A DNA stretch of 64,000 nt from Candidatus Sulfomarinibacteraceae bacterium (lineage in GTDB: Bacteria; Acidobacteriota; Thermoanaerobaculia; Thermoanaerobaculales; Sulfomarinibacteraceae), in contig CAWCLO010000001.1 of assembly GCA_963796455.1 (NCBI GenBank), forward strand, positions 128,001-192,000, given 5' to 3'. How positions within the stretch are numbered: position 1 is the first letter of the stretch; each line of letters opens with the position of its first letter. Position numbers and translations under genes: made by a program. Positions 59,493-64,000 of this stretch are shown piece by piece. Under the pieces are notes generated by a model, which ran no database searches, was not told the DNA's origin, and worked only from the letters and a program-made list of their open reading frames with translations.

Positions 59493-62104
59493 ATGTTTTT
59501 TCGTACTCTCCGTGTCTCGGTATGCGCTCTGGGGATTGCCGTCTGCACGACAGCTCCCGTGGTCGATGGCGCGACTCCGGTATTCCTCGACGGATTCGAA
59601 TCGGGGGACCTGTGCGCCTGGCAGGGCACCTGTCCTGCGCCCACGGATGTGGCTGGCACGTGGATCGGTTCTCTGTCCTTTCCTGGTGGGGTGTCCCGAA
59701 CCATCGTGCTCCAGCTTCATCCGAGGGTCGATGGCGATCTGCTCGGCTACATGCTCGGGACCAGTGAGAGCTGGGTCATGCGGTCCGGAACCTATGCCGC
59801 CGGCGCGCTCGATCTGGAACTCGCCTTGCAGGGCCCCTCCGGCGACCGGATCGTGACCCTGTCCGGCCCGGTTAACGGCGGCCGGGCCACCCTCACTCTG
59901 AGCGGCGATCTTGCCGGCCAGACGGTCAGCCTCATTCGTTGGCCCGAAGAGCTCGTCGAACACCGCTTCGCCTTTGCAGACTCCAGCGATGGTCTCTCGA
60001 ACCCCCACTTCATCAGCATGGCCGTCGTCCTGAATGGAGCTGGAGAACTGGTGGCGGGCGCTTGGGCCGGATCCGAGCAAAAACCGCCCTGGGATCAAGA
60101 CGGCGGAGTCAATTCGTTTTCAATCGACGGCGACATGGTGACGTTTGGGCTCGATCTCGACGGCGGTTGCTCCGACGGCTCCGTGCTCGACGGCGCTCTC
60201 GATTCCTCCATCGGCTTTTATACCGGCAGCTTCAACCTGATCGACTGTTCAGGATCGCAGGCTGGGACGCTGCTCGGCGGATTCATCGACGGCACCACGT
60301 CGGCAGATGTCACCGAAGTTCTGTCCGCACTGGCCGCGATTGCGGATCAGCTCGAGTCGGGTGCCCCTTTTCCCAGCCCCACCCCTCGTTCGTCGAGACC
60401 TACTTCCACGAAGGCACTGATCTTCCCGGCCTGTTCGCGGGCTTTACCGCCGAAACTACTTCGTGGGACGACATCGAGTTCACCGTTCTCGACATCTCAC
60501 GGATCGCCACCCGCGAAGTGCCCGGTGAAGTGGCGATCCTGTCCCGGCCCCTGGGTGTCGATTTCCAACAGATTCGTTCCGGCGTGCCCTCGGGTGGAGG
60601 GATGCGAGAGACATATCTGGACACCCGCACCGACCCGCTCGCACTCGTAGCTCACAATCAACTCGGCGTTGTCGCGGATGACGGCGGAACCTGGAAGATC
60701 AACGGCGACCAACAGCCGGCCTTCGATCTGCCGTGGATGTCTTCGGCAATCCAGCCAGGCGACAAACGGCTCCTGGCCTCCACCTCGGCCGATCCGATCC
60801 ACGTCTCTCTCGGCGGTTACGGCGGCCATTTCTCTCCGCTCAGCGGCCATGCTTTCGGCGACCGCAAGGCCAACTACTCTGGTTTTCTACCGGCCGACGA
60901 CAACGAATTGGATGAGCTCGTCGGCGACGGCATCGGCGACGACGATGGCACCTGCTCTCCCGCCGAGTTCGAGGAAGGCGGCTGCGCGTACTGGGCGGCG
61001 GTCGACGGGTCCCTGGTTCGGCAGCGCACCCCTTGGTATCTCGCTCCTCAGAACGGCAAGGTTTCCGGCATGAAACTGAAAAGCGGGGCACCTTCAGGAT
61101 ACTTCGATTCACCTCCCCACTGGGAAGTCGCCATGGCGTTCGACTCGGGCATCAAGATGGAGCTCGGACACGTTGGCAGGATCGATGATGACGTGGCGCT
61201 CGCGGTGCTTGCCGAAACAGGCTGCGATCCTCGTAGCTGGCAAAGCTGCACCGGGGTCGGCCCCGGGAGTGATCTCCTACTGGGGGCCACGCCTATCCAG
61301 GTGAGCGCTGGAGATCCCGTGGCTCAGCCCCAGGTCTTCGCGGACGAAGTTCCGGGCTTCGACGGCTACCACGTGGGCGGAGGCAGCTACCCCGAGTATC
61401 CCTGGGCCCAGATGGAGTTCAACGTCTCGGCGGTCGTCGAGGGCCGGCTCATCAACGCCTGTGTCTTCGGACTGATGAAAGGCGACCGCCGCCACGCATA
61501 CAAAACGGTGATGGAAGCGGACATGGCCGACCCTGATTCGCAACGCTACCGGTCCCGTTTCGATTGGCCTCAGTGGGCGTGGCGGGCCGAGGCAGCGTTG
61601 TGCAACTCCGAGTGGCAGGGAAACACTGACTATTCGAGTCTGTCCACCAGTCTCGGCGGGTGGTACGAGCGGGACGACGCGGGCACCGTTTCCGACGAGT
61701 TGGTGGCCTTCGCCCCGATCGCCATGGAGACGGGGCTCTACGATCCGGAATCCTACGAACCCGGCACCGATACTCTGATTCTCCGCCAGAAAGCCTCTCC
61801 GGGTTCCTTTTCGTGGACAATGCCCGATGCCTCGGTCATCGAGGCCTTCTACCCTTCCGGTGAATTGCTGCAAAGGACGGCCTCGAGCCTTCTCGTCCTC
61901 TGGCGCGATATCGGTTGGGTCGGCGGCGATGTCTACCAGGCCGCAGCCTACCGTCTCGATGAGAATGGCTTGACGATCAAGTGGGGGCCGTTTGCAACAA
62001 CCTCCGCCGGAGCCCTGGCGGTTGCGCCTACCCTGGGACCAGCTGAAGCGTGCGACGAATCCACTGTCATCTGCTACAACCACGACGAGCAGCCCGGGTA
62101 CTGA
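59493..62104 (+). CDS. Large secreted Cys-rich hypothetical protein (paralog 2); frameshifted near 60370
   Basis: Signal peptide and VFLDGFESGD. Homology to 27696-30338 continues across the frame change at the T4/C3 run 60368-60374. Confidence 0.8.
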
Positions 62105-62136
62105 AAACGGATTCCAACCCAGGGGAATCGAGGTCC

Positions 62137-62691
62137 CTACGACCCTCGGATCTTCAGGCGTGCCTTGAGTTCGCCCGGGGTGATCTCCCCCGCATGGTGC
62201 ACCGCCTCCACCTGATCAAAGTCCGAGACCCTGTGCCCTGAGTTTCGCATCTCTTCCGGCGACGGGAGCTGGACGAAGCGAGTCTCCGGTTCCTGTTCGC
62301 AGTAGCGGGCGAAGGCAGAATCGGTGCCGCTGATGTGATTTTGAATCCACCTCTGAATGAGGCCCTGTAAGGACGTCACCGTCGCCGCCACTGATCCTTC
62401 CTGATTGTTGATAGATCTGCTCAATTCAGAAAGTTCCCGCCGCATCATGGCGTGTTCCCAGCGGTGGCGGTCTACTCCTTCGTAGCCGGCGGCGACCATG
62501 GCGTACTCTTCGGAGTCGAAATGGTATTTGGCATAGGCGATGAGAAATCTCGCCGCGCGCAAGACGATTGCACGATTTCCATTGACCGCACCGATCGAAT
62601 TCACGGTCCGCGCCCAATGGATGAGAGCGCGGTGCTGGTCGTCGATGCCCTGAATGCCGGTCAACAGATTGTCGGGAAGTACGACAGTCAT
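62137..62691 (-). CDS. Bacteriohemerythrin
   Basis: TGIQGIDDQH, HFDSEE, HRWEH and HISGTD (full di-iron ligand set); SD AAGGAG. Confidence 0.9.
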   Translation of the reverse strand: MTVVLPDNLLTGIQGIDDQHRALIHWARTVNSIGAVNGNRAIVLRAARFLIAYAKYHFDSEEYAMVAAGYEGVDRHRWEHAMMRRELSELSRSINNQEGSVAATVTSLQGLIQRWIQNHISGTDSAFARYCEQEPETRFVQLPSPEEMRNSGHRVSDFDQVEAVHHAGEITPGELKARLKIRGS

Positions 62692-62740
62692 ATCTTGGTG
62701 CTCCTTTTTGGACCCCAGAGAGTCTCCGTCGGCTTTTTTT

Positions 62741-62756
62741 TGCAAACGCCGTGCCA
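62741..62756 (-). promoter_or_regulatory. Sigma54 (-24/-12) promoter of the hemerythrin gene
   Basis: Minus strand TGGCACGGCGTTTGCA fits the TGGCACG-N4-TTGCW consensus exactly, 50 nt upstream of the ATG. Confidence 0.8.
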
Positions 62757-62903
62757 AAATTCCACCAATCAGGAGCAAGGTCATCTCGGGAATATGTCCT
62801 AAATCGGAATAGTTACTGTATCGATCTAATGAATCTTTGCTTTTGATCGCCGCCGAACTGTCGAACATGGCGGGAAAAACTCTTTTTGTTGGGGGCAGGG
62901 GCC

Positions 62904-63704
62904 TCAGGGCACGATTGCCACGATGCGAAGCGGTCCGCCGCTTCCACCGGCGATCTTCATCGGCAGGGCGATGATCACGAATCCGGTCTCCGGAAGCTGA
63001 TCGAGGTTGGCGAGGTTTTCGAATGCCGGAATCTCCTCGGCGAAGAGCACCTGGTGTGACTCGAAGAGGGTCGACTGGCCGAAATCGATGCTTGGAGTAT
63101 CGAGACCGATGCTCTTGATCGACCGATTGGCCACCAGCCATGCAGCCGCCTCGGGTTCGAGACCGGGAAAATGGAGATCGGCCACCGCTTCCGGGCCACG
63201 TTCGTCCGTCCCCATGTAACGAACCCGGTCGGGCCAGAATGCGCCGAAGCCGGTGCGCAACAAAACAATGGCGCCGTCGGGAAGAGCGCCGTGCTGCGAC
63301 TCCCATGCCTCGAAATCGGTGATCGACACCTCATAGTCCGAATCTGCCGCGCACTTTTCCGAGACATCGATGAGCACCGCCTCGCCCATCAAGCGGTCGA
63401 GGGGGATCTGGTCGACGCTTACCTTGCCCTCCGAGAAATGGATGGGAGCATCGATATGTGTTCCACCGTGCTCGGCGGTGCAGAAGGTGTTGGCGGTGTA
63501 GTAATAGCCGTTTTCGGTGACGCCCTCGAAATCGGCAGCCAGGCTGAATCCCTCTGCGGTGGGCCAGAAGATCGTGGACTCGTCATAGCTGTAGCTCAAA
63601 TCAACTACGGTGCCCTCCGGAAGGGCGAATGGCGCCAGGGACTGCTCCGGGGGAACGGGTTGGCAGCCGCTCAGTACGATCACAACGAGAAGCACAAGGC
63701 GCAT
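62904..63704 (-). CDS. Cyclase family protein (kynurenine formamidase-like), lipoprotein
   Basis: EHGGTHIDAP, LLRTG, GLDTPSID, H..LF, ENL and GSGGP motifs; LSGC lipobox. Confidence 0.9.
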   Translation of the reverse strand: MRLVLLVVIVLSGCQPVPPEQSLAPFALPEGTVVDLSYSYDESTIFWPTAEGFSLAADFEGVTENGYYYTANTFCTAEHGGTHIDAPIHFSEGKVSVDQIPLDRLMGEAVLIDVSEKCAADSDYEVSITDFEAWESQHGALPDGAIVLLRTGFGAFWPDRVRYMGTDERGPEAVADLHFPGLEPEAAAWLVANRSIKSIGLDTPSIDFGQSTLFESHQVLFAEEIPAFENLANLDQLPETGFVIIALPMKIAGGSGGPLRIVAIVP

Positions 63705-63810
63705 CGTACGGTCTCCATTCAGTCGAGTTTTGTAAGTACGAGCCTATGGTACCGCCGCCGGACCCGATGGTCACCCGGTAACGAAGATCCGGCCCAAAAA
63801 AAGAGAGTCC

Positions 63811-63839
63811 TTGCTTTTGGCGCCAATATCGCCTATCAC
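63811..63839 (+). promoter_or_regulatory. Putative sigma70 promoter of the serA-like gene
   Basis: TTGCTT-17 nt-TATCAC, 30 nt upstream of ATG 63870. Confidence 0.35.
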
Positions 63840-63869
63840 ATTGACGAACCTGCTGATTGGGAGGGTCCT

Positions 63870-64000
63870 ATGTCAAAGAAAGTCCTGGTAGCTACAGAAA
63901 AACCGTTTTCACCGGCAGCCGTCGAACAGCTCGTCGAAGTGTTCAAGGCAGCGAATTACGAAGTCCAGCTTCTCGAGAGCTACACCGACAAAGCGGACTT
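63870..64000 (+). CDS. serA: D-3-phosphoglycerate dehydrogenase-like 2-hydroxyacid dehydrogenase, 5' part (runs off the window)
   Basis: MSKKVLVATEKPFSPAAVEQLVEVFKAANYEVQLLESYTDKAD resembles the KVLVATEKPF N-terminus of Bacteroides-type SerA; SD GGAGG. Confidence 0.65.
   Translation, partial: MSKKVLVATEKPFSPAAVEQLVEVFKAANYEVQLLESYTDKAD

Overview
GC-rich bacterial chromosomal window of about 45 genes. The gene content suggests Acidobacteriota (Thermoanaerobaculia-like), but this is inference only. It is dominated by secreted or periplasmic hydrolases: M13, S9, tandem M14 and M20 peptidases, CocE/NonD, a beta-lactamase-like serine hydrolase, amidohydrolases and alpha/beta hydrolases. It also holds outer-membrane proteins and housekeeping genes (ABC-F/Uup, MgtE, DEAD-box helicase, AsnB, DJ-1, partial SerA). 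I saw no rRNA, tRNA, CRISPR array, transposase, integrase or reverse transcriptase. Two things stand out. (1) A dispersed intergenic element family built from CAGCG-rich and CGCTG-rich inverted arms occurs at least 7 times in 64 kb. One copy (325-1150) carries a four-helix-bundle (23S-IVP/Avd-like) gene whose ribosome-binding site lies in a long hairpin; the other copies are gene-less derivatives sharing its ends and arms. (2) A translationally coupled five-gene operon encodes two B12-dependent radical SAM enzymes, two GNAT-like proteins and a GH3-type acyl-amido ligase. Also notable are two distant paralogs of a ~880-aa secreted protein, an active plus degenerate M14 pair, and a sigma54-promoter hemerythrin. 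Six genes have frameshifts, several in homopolymer runs, which most likely reflects long-read assembly errors.
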